A stretch of 64,000 nt of DNA from an uncultured virus (IMG/VR IMGVR_UViG_3300042303_000391) (taxonomy: Duplodnaviria > Heunggongvirae > Uroviricota > Caudoviricetes): the IMG/VR virus record IMGVR_UViG_3300042303_000391; one strand, 5' to 3'. Below the pieces are notes generated by a model. It was given only the letters and a program-made list of their open reading frames with translations, did no database searches and had not been told where the DNA came from. The position numbers were made by a program, and so were the translations under genes. Shown one piece after another: positions 11,040-20,865 of the stretch. How positions within the stretch are numbered: position 1 is the first letter of the stretch; every line of letters starts with the position of its first letter.

Positions 11040-11234
11040 TTAATTATACTTAGCTTCTAACCAATTTTTATAACTTGTTGCAAAAATTTGATAAGGCATA
11101 TTTCTAAATTGGCATAAAGGATGGGAAATAAAGTATCTATAAATTGATATTAGATTTATATTTTTTCCTTCCCCATCATTATTGATTTGGTTGTTATTTA
11201 TAGTTTCGCCTGTAGAATAAAAAAAAGTTCTCAT
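11040..11234 (-). CDS. Hypothetical protein
   Basis: 64 aa ORF filling the gap on the operon strand. Confidence 0.4.
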   Translation of the reverse strand: MRTFFYSTGETINNNQINNDGEGKNINLISIYRYFISHPLCQFRNMPYQIFATSYKNWLEAKYN

Positions 11235-11238
11235 ACTA

Positions 11239-12456
11239 TTATATAAATATGTGAGTTAACCTTGCCACTTGTCCAAACTCTTTATGGTGAATAAAGCCTT
11301 CTATCGCCTTTGGTACTCCTGTATACCCATTTCGATGGTGCCAGCTATCTGAAGCACTAGGGCTTCTTAAACTTTCAATTGTAACTCCTATATGGTCCTT
11401 CGCTGTCTTGTGGTGCACATGGTGCGTATAAATATACCTATGCTTACAATCGCTCCAATCTTTACTTTCATGTGCCATTAATAATGGCAAATCTGCTTGT
11501 CTAGCTCCATCTCCATGAGTTGTTCCTATTAAGTTGTTATAATACTTATAATACTTTCTGTGTGCAATAGAACAATCAAATGTTATATTTTTGCAATCTT
11601 TAAAGTATGTTTTAATAACATCCGCTAAAAAGAAGCCATTAGTGTAGTCATGGTTCGATGGGTTAAATGTGAAATGAACATCTGCCACTGGCATTAACAT
11701 CATTAATACATCTACATACAACTGCTTGGCTACCAAGAAATTAGAATACCACATTCCATCTGTATCTTGAGGAGTACCAGAAGTAGTCATTCTTTTTGGA
11801 GTATCAATATGTAAAATATCATTACCGCCTACAAAAAGAATTTGGTCAATATTAAATCCTGATGTCTTGTCTAAAATACCTTGTACTCCTTTTAAAACTC
11901 TTTCTACTGCAATTTTAGTGTTATATTCATCTCCTGTTTCAAAAGCCATAGCTAATTTGCCCACATGTATATCCGCAGGGTCAATAATTAGTAAATGGCC
12001 CTCACTACTAGGTGTTCTTTTTATGACAGGAAAAGAAGGAGAAAAACTTTGTAAATCTTCTATTAGTTCATTATAGAAGCCATCCTCTTCTTTTTTCTTA
12101 TATAAAGGATTAGTGAAGAACATTGAGGCATCTTGTGTTTTTAACCACCCATGCTTTACGTCTTCCACATCTAATCCTAGTTTTTTACTTTCTTGGTAGA
12201 TGGCATTGAGTTCTTTAACTGTATCTACCATTTCCGAAGGAACCCATACATTAGTCCCTTCATTTATTTTTTCTTTTACAAAAGAATTTTTTCCTGATTG
12301 TTTGAGTAAAAAATTTAATTCTTCTGGACAAAGGCTAAACCCTTCTCTGTTAAGTCTTTTAAGTAAAGTTTTTTTACTCGGTCTTCCAAATTGTAGATAA
12401 TTTTGATTATTTTCTCTCCAACTTAAAAATCTATTTATTGTTTTTTGTGCTACCAT
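11239..12456 (-). CDS. Calcineurin-like metallophosphoesterase
   Basis: DIHVG, GGNDILH, PSNHD, HGD, HHVHH motifs. Confidence 0.85.
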   Translation of the reverse strand: MVAQKTINRFLSWRENNQNYLQFGRPSKKTLLKRLNREGFSLCPEELNFLLKQSGKNSFVKEKINEGTNVWVPSEMVDTVKELNAIYQESKKLGLDVEDVKHGWLKTQDASMFFTNPLYKKKEEDGFYNELIEDLQSFSPSFPVIKRTPSSEGHLLIIDPADIHVGKLAMAFETGDEYNTKIAVERVLKGVQGILDKTSGFNIDQILFVGGNDILHIDTPKRMTTSGTPQDTDGMWYSNFLVAKQLYVDVLMMLMPVADVHFTFNPSNHDYTNGFFLADVIKTYFKDCKNITFDCSIAHRKYYKYYNNLIGTTHGDGARQADLPLLMAHESKDWSDCKHRYIYTHHVHHKTAKDHIGVTIESLRSPSASDSWHHRNGYTGVPKAIEGFIHHKEFGQVARLTHIFI

Positions 12457-12472
12457 TATTATATTTTTTATG

Positions 12473-12480
12473 CAAAAGTA
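12473..12480 (-). promoter_or_regulatory. Bacteroidota -7 promoter element (TACTTTTG)
   Basis: Matches TAnnTTTG, 17 nt upstream of the phosphoesterase start; second copy at 12514-12521. Confidence 0.6.
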
Positions 12481-12551
12481 ATGCTTTTTTTATTTATTGC
12501 ACATAATTTTTCACAAAAGTAAAAAAAAATTATGATTTTATTAGTTTTTAT

Positions 12552-12592
12552 AAAAAAATACCCCTTGCTCAAAGGGAATCAGCAAGGGGTAT
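12552..12592 (-). terminator. Intrinsic terminator
   Basis: ATACCCCTTGCT-loop-AGCAAGGGGTAT followed by a T run on the minus strand. Confidence 0.75.
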
Positions 12593-12628
12593 CCGATAGA
12601 ATTGCTCTATCTTTATATTTATCTCACG

Positions 12629-12636
12629 CAAAGATA
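12629..12636 (-). promoter_or_regulatory. Bacteroidota -7 promoter element (TATCTTTG)
   Basis: Consensus match ~40 nt upstream of the terminator. Confidence 0.55.
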
Positions 12637-12885
12637 CTTCTTTTTTTTTAATTCAAAGAAAAAAATGTATTTTTTGTGATTTTTTTTGGGCATAGTTAGA
12701 GCATATTAATAGTACTAAAGATTATAGTATATTATTTAAAGAAATAGAGGGTTCTCCCAAGAAAAAAAATCTAGGCAATTTGAATATTTTTTTAAAAAAC
12801 GCATCTATCTTGTTTCTATTGGTAAGTTCGTTCATAAATTTCCATATACATTTCTGTACTTAGGAATATTTACTATCGTGTATTT

Positions 12886-13073
12886 TAATAGGAAACTGGG
12901 AAGCCCAGTTCTTACGTCATTGATCCTATTTTTTCCTCTCCTATCCCTGAAGGTATCTGAATTGTTAATCCTCGGAGGTCCTTACTTATTTAAAACTATC
13001 TAGTGAAATCTTATGAACCAGGGTTTCCCCTCAAACGTCAGGCACTAGAAATTTGTCTCAGTGAGATAAATTT
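12886..13073 (-). ncRNA. Candidate structured non-coding RNA
   Basis: No ORF; follows promoter TATATTTG (13078-13085); stems TCTAGTG/CACTAGA, AGGG-GAAA-CCCT, AACTGGG-CTT-CCCAGTT, ATAGGA/TCCTAT. Confidence 0.45.
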
Positions 13074-13112
13074 GGCACAAATATACAACATTTATTTTAT
13101 TTGTCAATAGCT

Positions 13113-13574
13113 TTATTTTATCTTTAGCCCAAAAGCAATACCAACACCAGGTTGTATTCCTTGTGGAGTAAAGGATAGGGTTGGGCCAGCTATTAAAGAA
13201 AATTTATTTCTTGCCTGTAAATATTGTATATGTTTCACTCTAACTGTGTCTCTCACAAGAAGGGTTTTGATTAAAGTATCTGATTTAACTATTACTTTAT
13301 CACAGTTTGTAAGAGATGTTTTTAGGGCTACTACTAAGCTATCACAAACAGAATCTTTGCCTGCAATGTATCTTTCGTCTATCTTATATACAATCTCTTT
13401 AGATTTAATGTAATGGTCTTTTACCACATCTCTTTCTACTATCAAGGTGTCTACTTTTCTAGACAAACTGTCTTCTAGTCTTTGTATAATAGCTTCGTTT
13501 TGAACAAACTTATCGTGTGATAGCCACATATATACTCCTAGTAAAATAATAAGAATTATAAATATGTATTTCAT
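13113..13574 (-). CDS. Putative spanin/Rz-like membrane protein
   Basis: N-terminal TM, coiled coil, C-terminal beta hairpin (GPTLSF...GVGIAFG); immediately after endolysin. Confidence 0.55.
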   Translation of the reverse strand: MKYIFIILIILLGVYMWLSHDKFVQNEAIIQRLEDSLSRKVDTLIVERDVVKDHYIKSKEIVYKIDERYIAGKDSVCDSLVVALKTSLTNCDKVIVKSDTLIKTLLVRDTVRVKHIQYLQARNKFSLIAGPTLSFTPQGIQPGVGIAFGLKIK

Positions 13575-14185
13575 TATTTAACGTATGTATAGTATTTAAA
13601 TGTTTTTTCTTCTCTATCGGTTATTCCGTGGGTACCGCCATTGATTCTTTTAGTTAGAGCTAAAATAGTTTCTTTAGTTACACCTTTATCACATATGTCC
13701 CAAAGTTTGTTTTTATCAAAAAAGAATTTAGCAGACTCAAAAGAAAGCTCACCTGCAACTAAGTCAGGATTAGTCATAATATCAGGGTTATTCAAATAAT
13801 CTGAAAATGCTTGATAGTTTGATTTACCTGTTAATTGTAAAGCTCCCCTACCTCTAAATTTCCAGCCATCTCCTGAAGCTTCGTCACCATTGCCCATTCT
13901 AGAAGAATAAACTTTGTTAGCAATTTTTTCAGGGGTTCTAGCATACTTAGGGGCAGTGGCAGCTGTAAAGTATTTGCCAAAGATTTTTACCAATCCGTCA
14001 GCAGAATAGTTTAAGTTTTCAGAGAACGCTTTAAAGTTTCCAGACTCATGTGCTGTTTGTGCAAAAAAGTGTGCAGCTCTCTCAGGGGTAAAACCGTAAA
14101 AAGCCATAGCAGCTTTCATTGTTCCAGGGCCAAACGCTCCATCAGCTGTTACCCCAATTTTTTCTTGTAATTTACTCAGACTCAT
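13574..14185 (-). CDS. Endolysin, glycoside hydrolase family 19, with short N-terminal PG-binding segment
   Basis: FAQTAHESGNF, ENLNYS, RGRGALQLTGKSNY, INGGTHG; LQEKIG..ADG.FGPGT at N-terminus; likely start is ATG 14185 (MSLSKLQ), not 14245. Confidence 0.9.
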   Translation of the reverse strand: MSLSKLQEKIGVTADGAFGPGTMKAAMAFYGFTPERAAHFFAQTAHESGNFKAFSENLNYSADGLVKIFGKYFTAATAPKYARTPEKIANKVYSSRMGNGDEASGDGWKFRGRGALQLTGKSNYQAFSDYLNNPDIMTNPDLVAGELSFESAKFFFDKNKLWDICDKGVTKETILALTKRINGGTHGITDREEKTFKYYTYVK

Positions 14186-14432
14186 TTTCTTCGTTTTTTT
14201 TATTATTAATAATGTTAGTAATTTTTTCTGTTGCAGCAATTCCAAATGACCCTAATACAAGCACTTCAAATGCTGTAAATATAAATTCATTTACAATCAG
14301 CTCTTTGCCTAAATATCCCGTTACAATATCTACCATTGCAAATAAGCACATCATGATAAAGGCTAAAAATCCTATTACAGATTTTTCATTAATGGAATTG
14401 TCATCGCAAAACATTTCTTTTAAGAATTTCAT
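14172..14432 (-). CDS. Putative holin
   Basis: 86 aa, two TM segments, charged C-terminus, overlaps endolysin start. Confidence 0.6.
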   Translation of the reverse strand: MKFLKEMFCDDNSINEKSVIGFLAFIMMCLFAMVDIVTGYLGKELIVNEFIFTAFEVLVLGSFGIAATEKITNIINNKKNEENESE

Positions 14433-14462
14433 AATTTTAGTTTTTTTAATTTGTTATTTATT

Positions 14463-14684
14463 TTATTCAGTAATTGTAAACATTATAGTTGGCTTTGGAT
14501 TAAATTGTATTTGTGGTAAATCTTTTATCCATTCAAATTCTTTATTAGTGCATTGACTAATTTCTTCTTCACTTATTATCCAATTATCTTCAATATCTTG
14601 AATTGGATTAAAATATGAATCTTCATCAAACAATTGATCTATTAATAATTCTTTCTGTGTTTCAGTTAATAAATATACTATCAT
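14463..14684 (-). CDS. Small fibre-associated protein; paralog of 18206-18421
   Basis: MIVYLLTE...SYFNPIQDI.DNWIIS.EE shared with paralog. Confidence 0.6.
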   Translation of the reverse strand: MIVYLLTETQKELLIDQLFDEDSYFNPIQDIEDNWIISEEEISQCTNKEFEWIKDLPQIQFNPKPTIMFTITE

Positions 14685-15466
14685 ACTTGTCTACTTAATG
14701 AAGTTTGGAAAGTTTGTATTGTTGTTCTTATATTTGATTCATCTGCATCTGTTAAACCATCTCCTATTGTTGCAAAAGCCAAATTTGCTAAGGAATACTC
14801 TGGCACCCCACCATTGCTACTTGCTAATAAAAAATTTATAGAATTTATTGCTGTACCATTAGCAGCACTAACAGTTATAGCACTTGTAGCTGGTCTATAG
14901 TATTTAAATTGACCACTAGTTGTTTTTGACATTAAAACCTGACCAAGTTTTGAACCAGCTAAAGCTCTACTTTGTTGGGACACTCCTAAAGTAGAGTAAT
15001 CTAAACCTGAAAATTCTGGGTAAAATCTATTTGAAGTTCCTGGACTTGTTATTGTTCCCATTGGTGAACCTACTGTAAGTGCATTTCTAATATACATAGA
15101 TAAATGTTTACTATTAATATTCAAAGTATTATCATTTAAAAATGTAGTTGCATAAGCATTTGATCCATTCCCAGTTATTCCATTTGAGGTATGGTTTACT
15201 CCCCCAAGAAATTGTAACCTAAATGCAGCATTTAAGTCTCTAGGATCTTTTAAGTTAAATTTATGAGTAGTGGCAGTTCCCCCTACCAAAGGATATATTG
15301 CTCTCATTTTAGTCCATACTCCAGCAGATTTAAAGCTGAGAACTAAAGTATTTATAGCTGATGTAATTGTAGGACTAGTTATTCCTGCTGCAGTCAAAAA
15401 TGCACTTGCATCTGGATCAATTGCAGGTGTTTTTGGCATTAAAGAAATTAAACTATAATAACTCAT
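14681..15466 (-). CDS. Tail-associated beta-rich protein; paralog of 18418-19197
   Basis: DPDA.AFLTAAGIT, KM.AIYPLVGGT, HK.NLK.P, SNRFYPEF, ANLAFA shared with paralog. Confidence 0.65.
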   Translation of the reverse strand: MSYYSLISLMPKTPAIDPDASAFLTAAGITSPTITSAINTLVLSFKSAGVWTKMRAIYPLVGGTATTHKFNLKDPRDLNAAFRLQFLGGVNHTSNGITGNGSNAYATTFLNDNTLNINSKHLSMYIRNALTVGSPMGTITSPGTSNRFYPEFSGLDYSTLGVSQQSRALAGSKLGQVLMSKTTSGQFKYYRPATSAITVSAANGTAINSINFLLASSNGGVPEYSLANLAFATIGDGLTDADESNIRTTIQTFQTSLSRQV

Positions 15467-15470
15467 ATTT

Positions 15471-17711
15471 TTATGCTTCTGTTGCTACTCCTATTGCATC
15501 CCATCTACTATCAGTAGAATTATATATTAAACCTACATAAGTTGTTTTATTAATTACAGTAGTTGTTGGTAATGTTACTCCAATTGCTCTATAACCTCCA
15601 GTACCTGTTGTCCATGTTATTGCTCTAGCAGTACCATTGTCTTTTATTCTAATCATTAATGCTTGTCCTTGAACAGGTGTTCCTGTTGGTATAGCCATTG
15701 TTAGTGCAGCAGCTTGAGCTGTTATAACTACTATATTATTATCACTTGTTGGAGTTACTGTAGCAGAACTTGCTACTGATTGAACAGATAATGAGACATT
15801 TGGAGAGGCCCAACTACCATCAGCTCTTAAAAATTGAGTTGTATTATTGGCTAACTTAGGAGCAAATCCATGTTTAGTTGTACTTACATTATTAGTAGTA
15901 ATATCACTAGTTGATAAGTTAGCATCTGTAACTGTAAATGTGCTATCAGCTGATAAGTTTGAAATAGTGCCATTAACTGTTATATTTCTACTTGTTGGCA
16001 CTCCTCCTAAACCTGATAATGTTTGGTCCCCTGTATTTACCCCACTTGTGTTATTTATTACTAGTAAATTAGCATCAGTTACATATCTTTTATCAAACCC
16101 ATCTGCAATATCGTCTGTAGTTGCATCTGTACTACTTGTAATTAATCCTTGAGAATCATAGGTTATTTTAGTTTTTGTATCTCCTGTAATACTTGCATTT
16201 GCAGTTACTTTTGAATCTACAGCACTTTTTACTAGGTTATTTGTAGGATATTTTATAGTGCTTGTATCTAAAATTGTATTTTCTTTATTAGCTTCATTTT
16301 CAGGAGTATAACCTAAAGAACCTATTACACTTGTTATAAATCCTTGACTATTAACCCATGATTGAGTAGCATATCCCACTAAAGCTGTTGTAATTTGTGT
16401 AGCCACTGCACTTGTAGTTGTAAAAACAATTGTAGCCCAATCATATACAGATTTAACACTTGGATATTTTGTATCACTAGCTTGGTCAGTATTTACATTA
16501 GTAGATTTATTAGCTAAATTTTCAGGAGTAAATCCTAGTACATCTTGTTTTGAAGCGGCCAATCCACTATACTGACTGTTTGTAGCATTATCGCCAGTGT
16601 TTGTCCCACTCGTATTGCCTAAAACTGTTAGTTGTGCATCTGTAATATAACGCTTATTTAAAGTATCTGCTATGTCTGCTGTTGTAGCATCTTCACCATT
16701 TGTTACAAGGCCTTTTGCATCGTATGTAATCTTTGTCTTAGTAGCTCCTACAATAGCAGTATTTTTTACAACCAATCCAGTTAAGTCTTGGTCACCAGTA
16801 TTTATACCACTTGTATTCCCAATCACACTTAATTGAGAATCAGTTACATATCTTTTATTAGTTGAATCTGTAATATCAGCAGTTGTTGCATCTGCTCCAT
16901 TTGTAACTAAGCCTTTTGTATCATAAGTAATTTTAGTTTTAGTTGCAGCGGTAATGTCATTATTTTTTACAACTAATCCACTCAAATCTTGATCTCCTGT
17001 ATTACTACCACTTAAAGTTGTAATACCTAATATTGTTTTGATTCTTGAAATATCAAAATAAGATACTATAGCACTCCAAACAGGGAACTTAGTTGTACTG
17101 GCACTATCTGTAGTGGAGGTGGACTTATTAGAGGAGTCTTCTTTTAAGCCTATTGCAGTAGCTTGTAAAGTAGAGATAGGTTTATTTGCATCACTTGTAT
17201 TGTCAACATTATTTAAACCTATTGCATTTTTATCTAAAGTTTGAAATGTTTTATCTCCTCTCCAATATTCAGAGGAAGTACCACTTGTTATAGCAGGTTC
17301 TTTGGTCAATAATCCCGCATTAACTGCATCCACAGTAGGATACTTTATAGAGCTAGGCGTTAAGTCATTTTGTTTATTTGCAAGATCTTCAGGAGTATAT
17401 CCTAAAGCATCAGTTACATCTGAACTTAATAAATATACATCTCCCTGTCTGTTATTAAAAGAGTTTACTCCTGTTGAGGTATTAATAACTTTGTTAATCC
17501 ATGTTTTAGAAACACTATCATAAGACAATACATCCCCTTCTTGTAAATTTTCAAAACTTAAACCTAATAAGTCATCTATATTTGGTGTAGATAAATTATA
17601 AAATCTATTATTTTGTGCATCCCAACCATAATATTTGCCATCTGTTTTAAGATAATAAATATAATAAGAATATCCAAAATCAGGAAGACTGTTTAAGAAA
17701 TAAACCTGCAT
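15471..17711 (-). CDS. Tail fibre protein with internal repeats
   Basis: Thr/Ser-rich; three TKTKITYD.KGL...DATT.DI.D...KRY.TD repeats, NTGDQ repeats, LG[YF]TPE..ANK repeats; ATG at 17711 (track start 17717 is TTG). Confidence 0.75.
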   Translation of the reverse strand: MQVYFLNSLPDFGYSYYIYYLKTDGKYYGWDAQNNRFYNLSTPNIDDLLGLSFENLQEGDVLSYDSVSKTWINKVINTSTGVNSFNNRQGDVYLLSSDVTDALGYTPEDLANKQNDLTPSSIKYPTVDAVNAGLLTKEPAITSGTSSEYWRGDKTFQTLDKNAIGLNNVDNTSDANKPISTLQATAIGLKEDSSNKSTSTTDSASTTKFPVWSAIVSYFDISRIKTILGITTLSGSNTGDQDLSGLVVKNNDITAATKTKITYDTKGLVTNGADATTADITDSTNKRYVTDSQLSVIGNTSGINTGDQDLTGLVVKNTAIVGATKTKITYDAKGLVTNGEDATTADIADTLNKRYITDAQLTVLGNTSGTNTGDNATNSQYSGLAASKQDVLGFTPENLANKSTNVNTDQASDTKYPSVKSVYDWATIVFTTTSAVATQITTALVGYATQSWVNSQGFITSVIGSLGYTPENEANKENTILDTSTIKYPTNNLVKSAVDSKVTANASITGDTKTKITYDSQGLITSSTDATTDDIADGFDKRYVTDANLLVINNTSGVNTGDQTLSGLGGVPTSRNITVNGTISNLSADSTFTVTDANLSTSDITTNNVSTTKHGFAPKLANNTTQFLRADGSWASPNVSLSVQSVASSATVTPTSDNNIVVITAQAAALTMAIPTGTPVQGQALMIRIKDNGTARAITWTTGTGGYRAIGVTLPTTTVINKTTYVGLIYNSTDSRWDAIGVATEA

Positions 17712-17720
17712 GGTCAAATT

Positions 17721-18170
17721 TTATTTTTTGGGAGTTTTTTTTATCGCTTGTGTTCTTATTAAAACTTCTTTCAAATTTGTCCAAATAGAGAATCCAAAGA
17801 TAGATTTTATATTTTCATCTATACTCTTTGCTTCTACAAAGCATAAAGATATAGTTATCAATTTAGTTAATAAGTAATTATTTTGATAATGTAATTTTGC
17901 AAACTCGTTTATTAAGTTATAATCTATTATAAAAAATGTTAATACAGTTAATTGATAGAGTAAAAATTTGCTTATAATTACACTTGCTTTCCTGGATGTA
18001 ATAGACTCCCACCCATCTAGTTTAATTGACTTGATAATTCCTAATATAGTATCCAAAAAAATCATGGCACCTACAGCTAATAATAATCCATATATAGGGG
18101 AAAAAAAGGCAACTATAGAAATTAATAATGTTTTTAACATCATTACTACATTAAATTCAGGTATTTTCAT
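17721..18170 (-). CDS. Holin-like membrane protein (phage holin 4-like)
   Basis: TM helices; FLDTILG, ITSRK, E..SIDENI motifs. Confidence 0.7.
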   Translation of the reverse strand: MKIPEFNVVMMLKTLLISIVAFFSPIYGLLLAVGAMIFLDTILGIIKSIKLDGWESITSRKASVIISKFLLYQLTVLTFFIIDYNLINEFAKLHYQNNYLLTKLITISLCFVEAKSIDENIKSIFGFSIWTNLKEVLIRTQAIKKTPKK

Positions 18171-18205
18171 TATTTATAATTTTGCCTTTAATACTAAAGT
18201 GTTAT

Positions 18206-18421
18206 TTAATTAAAATTTATTATTGGTGGTTTAGCAATATATTCAATAGTAGCTAAATCTTTTACCCACAATACATCTTCATATGTTGCATTTAAAACTT
18301 CTTCTTGGGATATAATCCAATTGTCATTAATATCTTGAATAGGATTAAAATAAGAATTACTAAAATAACGCTTTCCTATCAGTAAATTTTTTTGCTGCTC
18401 TGTTAGTAAATGTACTATCAT
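18206..18421 (-). CDS. Small fibre-associated protein; paralog of 14463-14684
   Basis: Sequence similarity to paralog. Confidence 0.6.
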   Translation of the reverse strand: MIVHLLTEQQKNLLIGKRYFSNSYFNPIQDINDNWIISQEEVLNATYEDVLWVKDLATIEYIAKPPIINFN

Positions 18422-19197
18422 ACGTTTCTGCTTAATGTAGTTTCAAATATTTGTATAGCTGCTCTAAAATTAGCTTCTTCACTATCACTAAGTGCTTCTT
18501 GTATACTAGCAAACGCCAAATTTGCTTCAGAAAATTCCGCTCCAACTGTATTATTTGATGCTAATAAATAATAAGTGCCAAAGAAATTAGGTTCATCTGC
18601 TGAAGAAACCGTTATAGAAGAAGTTCCTGGTCTGTAATATTTAAAACTACCAGCAGCACTTTTGCTCATTGTAAAAAATCCCATTTGATTTCCTGCAATA
18701 CTTCTACCAGATTGAGCAAGACCTAAAGTAGAATAGTCACTACCTGCAAACTCAGGATAAAATCTATTAGAAACTTGACCAAAGGCATCGATTAATCCCA
18801 TTGGTGAGCCTATAGTTAAAACATTTCTTATATACATTGAAATAGATTTGTTATCACTTGCTAAATCAACTATATCATTTAGGTATGTTTCTGCATATCC
18901 ATTGACTCCATTGCTTGTTATACCATTTGCATCATGAGTTATTCCCCCATTGAACGTTAATCTAAATGCAGGGTCTGAGTCTGTAGGATTTTTTAAATTC
19001 CATTTGTGAGTATTATCAGTGCCTCCAACTAATGGGTAGATAGCCTTCATTTTACTCCATATATTGTCAGCTTTCATTTGAACTACTAAAGTGTCAATAG
19101 CTCCTGAAATAGTAGCATCTGTAATTCCAGCAGCAGTTAAGAAAGCTTGTGCATCTGGGTCTAAAGATGGTCCAAAAAAATATGGATTAATTATCAT
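18418..19197 (-). CDS. Tail-associated protein; paralog of 14681-15466
   Basis: Sequence similarity to paralog; MIINPY N-terminus. Confidence 0.65.
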   Translation of the reverse strand: MIINPYFFGPSLDPDAQAFLTAAGITDATISGAIDTLVVQMKADNIWSKMKAIYPLVGGTDNTHKWNLKNPTDSDPAFRLTFNGGITHDANGITSNGVNGYAETYLNDIVDLASDNKSISMYIRNVLTIGSPMGLIDAFGQVSNRFYPEFAGSDYSTLGLAQSGRSIAGNQMGFFTMSKSAAGSFKYYRPGTSSITVSSADEPNFFGTYYLLASNNTVGAEFSEANLAFASIQEALSDSEEANFRAAIQIFETTLSRNV

Positions 19198-20135
19198 CTA
19201 GTTCCTATTAAAGTTATTTTTAAACCTGTAGCAGTTCCATCTCCTATCTGGTCAATGTCTATTGTAATTTCAGCATCGTCAGTTAGGGAAGATGTTGCAA
19301 TTGTAGCAGGTACTGAAGCTGTAGTACTTGTTTTTTGTGTATTATTCATAGTTAATAGTGTCCCTAAAATAGAAGTTCCATTTTGGTTTATATCAACTGT
19401 AAAGTCAAGTCCAGAAGATTGAGCAGTTGTTAAACTTGCTCTTACTTCAGTAAGTGTAAAAGCTGTTGGAAGTCTAAAAGTAACTTTTGATGTTCCAGGA
19501 GTTAAAGGAGTAAACTCATCACTTGCTGCAACCTGAATTTCAATTGGTATAGTTACTGTTTGTAAAACCCAAATAGCTGCTCCAGTAGCTGCACTAGTAC
19601 ATGTATAAGTACTATTATCATCCAATGTCCATAATGAACCTACACCATATCCTTTTGTATTATCATCATTAACTGTTGGAGTAACATTAAAATTATATAA
19701 TGATTGTCTAATTCCAGTACCATTTCCATCCATTACATAAAGCCTTCCTGCTTCCCACTTTAACTCATAGCCAACTGCACAAATTTGAGCAATACCCTTA
19801 GTTCCCCCAAGTCCTGCATCTATAGTGCCCTCTCTTAGTCTTGAAGTGTTTGCAAAATACAATCCTTGTAATGTATCAAAATTTATATCATTAGCTCCAG
19901 ATGCATTGCCTATTCCTAAAACACTTGATAAGTTTTGACTACCTCCACCACCTGCAGTAATCCAATCTCCCTGTTGATTTAAAACTAAATTTGCATCGCC
20001 TCCACTAGAAATACCTAAACAATTTTTAATTAGGCAACATAGATTTGCACAACTACTGTATAATATATTGTATAGTTTAGTACCTGCTGTGTAACCAAAC
20101 ATGGTTAAAATATCTGCTCTACTTAATCTGTTCAT
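19194..20135 (-). CDS. Fibre/spike-like structural protein
   Basis: N-terminal ~60 aa shared with 20149-20850; PTVNDD..GY.VGSLW motif; C-terminal beta domain (ITIDIDQIG...GLKITLIG). Confidence 0.6.
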   Translation of the reverse strand: MNRLSRADILTMFGYTAGTKLYNILYSSCANLCCLIKNCLGISSGGDANLVLNQQGDWITAGGGGSQNLSSVLGIGNASGANDINFDTLQGLYFANTSRLREGTIDAGLGGTKGIAQICAVGYELKWEAGRLYVMDGNGTGIRQSLYNFNVTPTVNDDNTKGYGVGSLWTLDDNSTYTCTSAATGAAIWVLQTVTIPIEIQVAASDEFTPLTPGTSKVTFRLPTAFTLTEVRASLTTAQSSGLDFTVDINQNGTSILGTLLTMNNTQKTSTTASVPATIATSSLTDDAEITIDIDQIGDGTATGLKITLIGTR

Positions 20136-20148
20136 TTATTTAACTTTT

Positions 20149-20850
20149 TTAATATGTTTTATTTAATATAAAAATATCACTATATATTGAGTTCCCCGCA
20201 TTATTACTTCCCCATTGTACAGTGACATCTAAAGTGCTAGGTATTGTAGTATCAAATGTAGTACTATTAACAACATTAAATGCGAATCCTTGAGTTGCTG
20301 CATTGGAAGTTTTAATATAATGAAACGAACCCAATGAAACAATAGAGGCTACAGTTGCACCACCTATTTGTCTAATAGTAAAATCAATATTTAAACTCCA
20401 TACATCATTGATAATTGAATTTGTTAAAGTTTGCACTCCGCTATCTAATAATACAACACCATTTGTTCTAGACCTTATTCTAATAGTTTGATTATTTGCT
20501 GCATTCATAACTCCGCCAAACACAGCCCTAAAACTATCTCCTACTTGAAATCCATTTGCAGGTACTGTTAAAGTTCCTACACCTCCGTTAATCAATGTAG
20601 TTTCAACTGTAGTTCCTGTAATTGGAGTACTATTTCCTGTTTGAGCAAATAATCCAAATAAACCTTGAGGTCCTGAGTGAGTTACCCAATCTCCTTGTTG
20701 GTTTAATAATAAATTAGGATTACCTGAAGGACTAATTCCTAAGCAATCTTTAACTATACAACAAAAATTAGCACAGCTACTATATAATAAGTTATATAAC
20801 TTTCTTCCTGCTTTATAACCAAAAAGATCTATAATTTTTTGTTTAGTCAT
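20149..20850 (-). CDS. Fibre/spike-like structural protein
   Basis: Shared Cys-containing N-terminal cap, different beta-rich C-terminus. Confidence 0.55.
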   Translation of the reverse strand: MTKQKIIDLFGYKAGRKLYNLLYSSCANFCCIVKDCLGISPSGNPNLLLNQQGDWVTHSGPQGLFGLFAQTGNSTPITGTTVETTLINGGVGTLTVPANGFQVGDSFRAVFGGVMNAANNQTIRIRSRTNGVVLLDSGVQTLTNSIINDVWSLNIDFTIRQIGGATVASIVSLGSFHYIKTSNAATQGFAFNVVNSTTFDTTIPSTLDVTVQWGSNNAGNSIYSDIFILNKTY

Positions 20851-20865
20851 TAGTTATTATTTATT

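Noticed and set aside
14681..19197. Diversity-generating retroelement (TR/VR pair) among fibre paralogs
   Set aside because: Differences between paralogs are spread over all bases and largely synonymous, not adenine-specific; no reverse transcriptase in the window.
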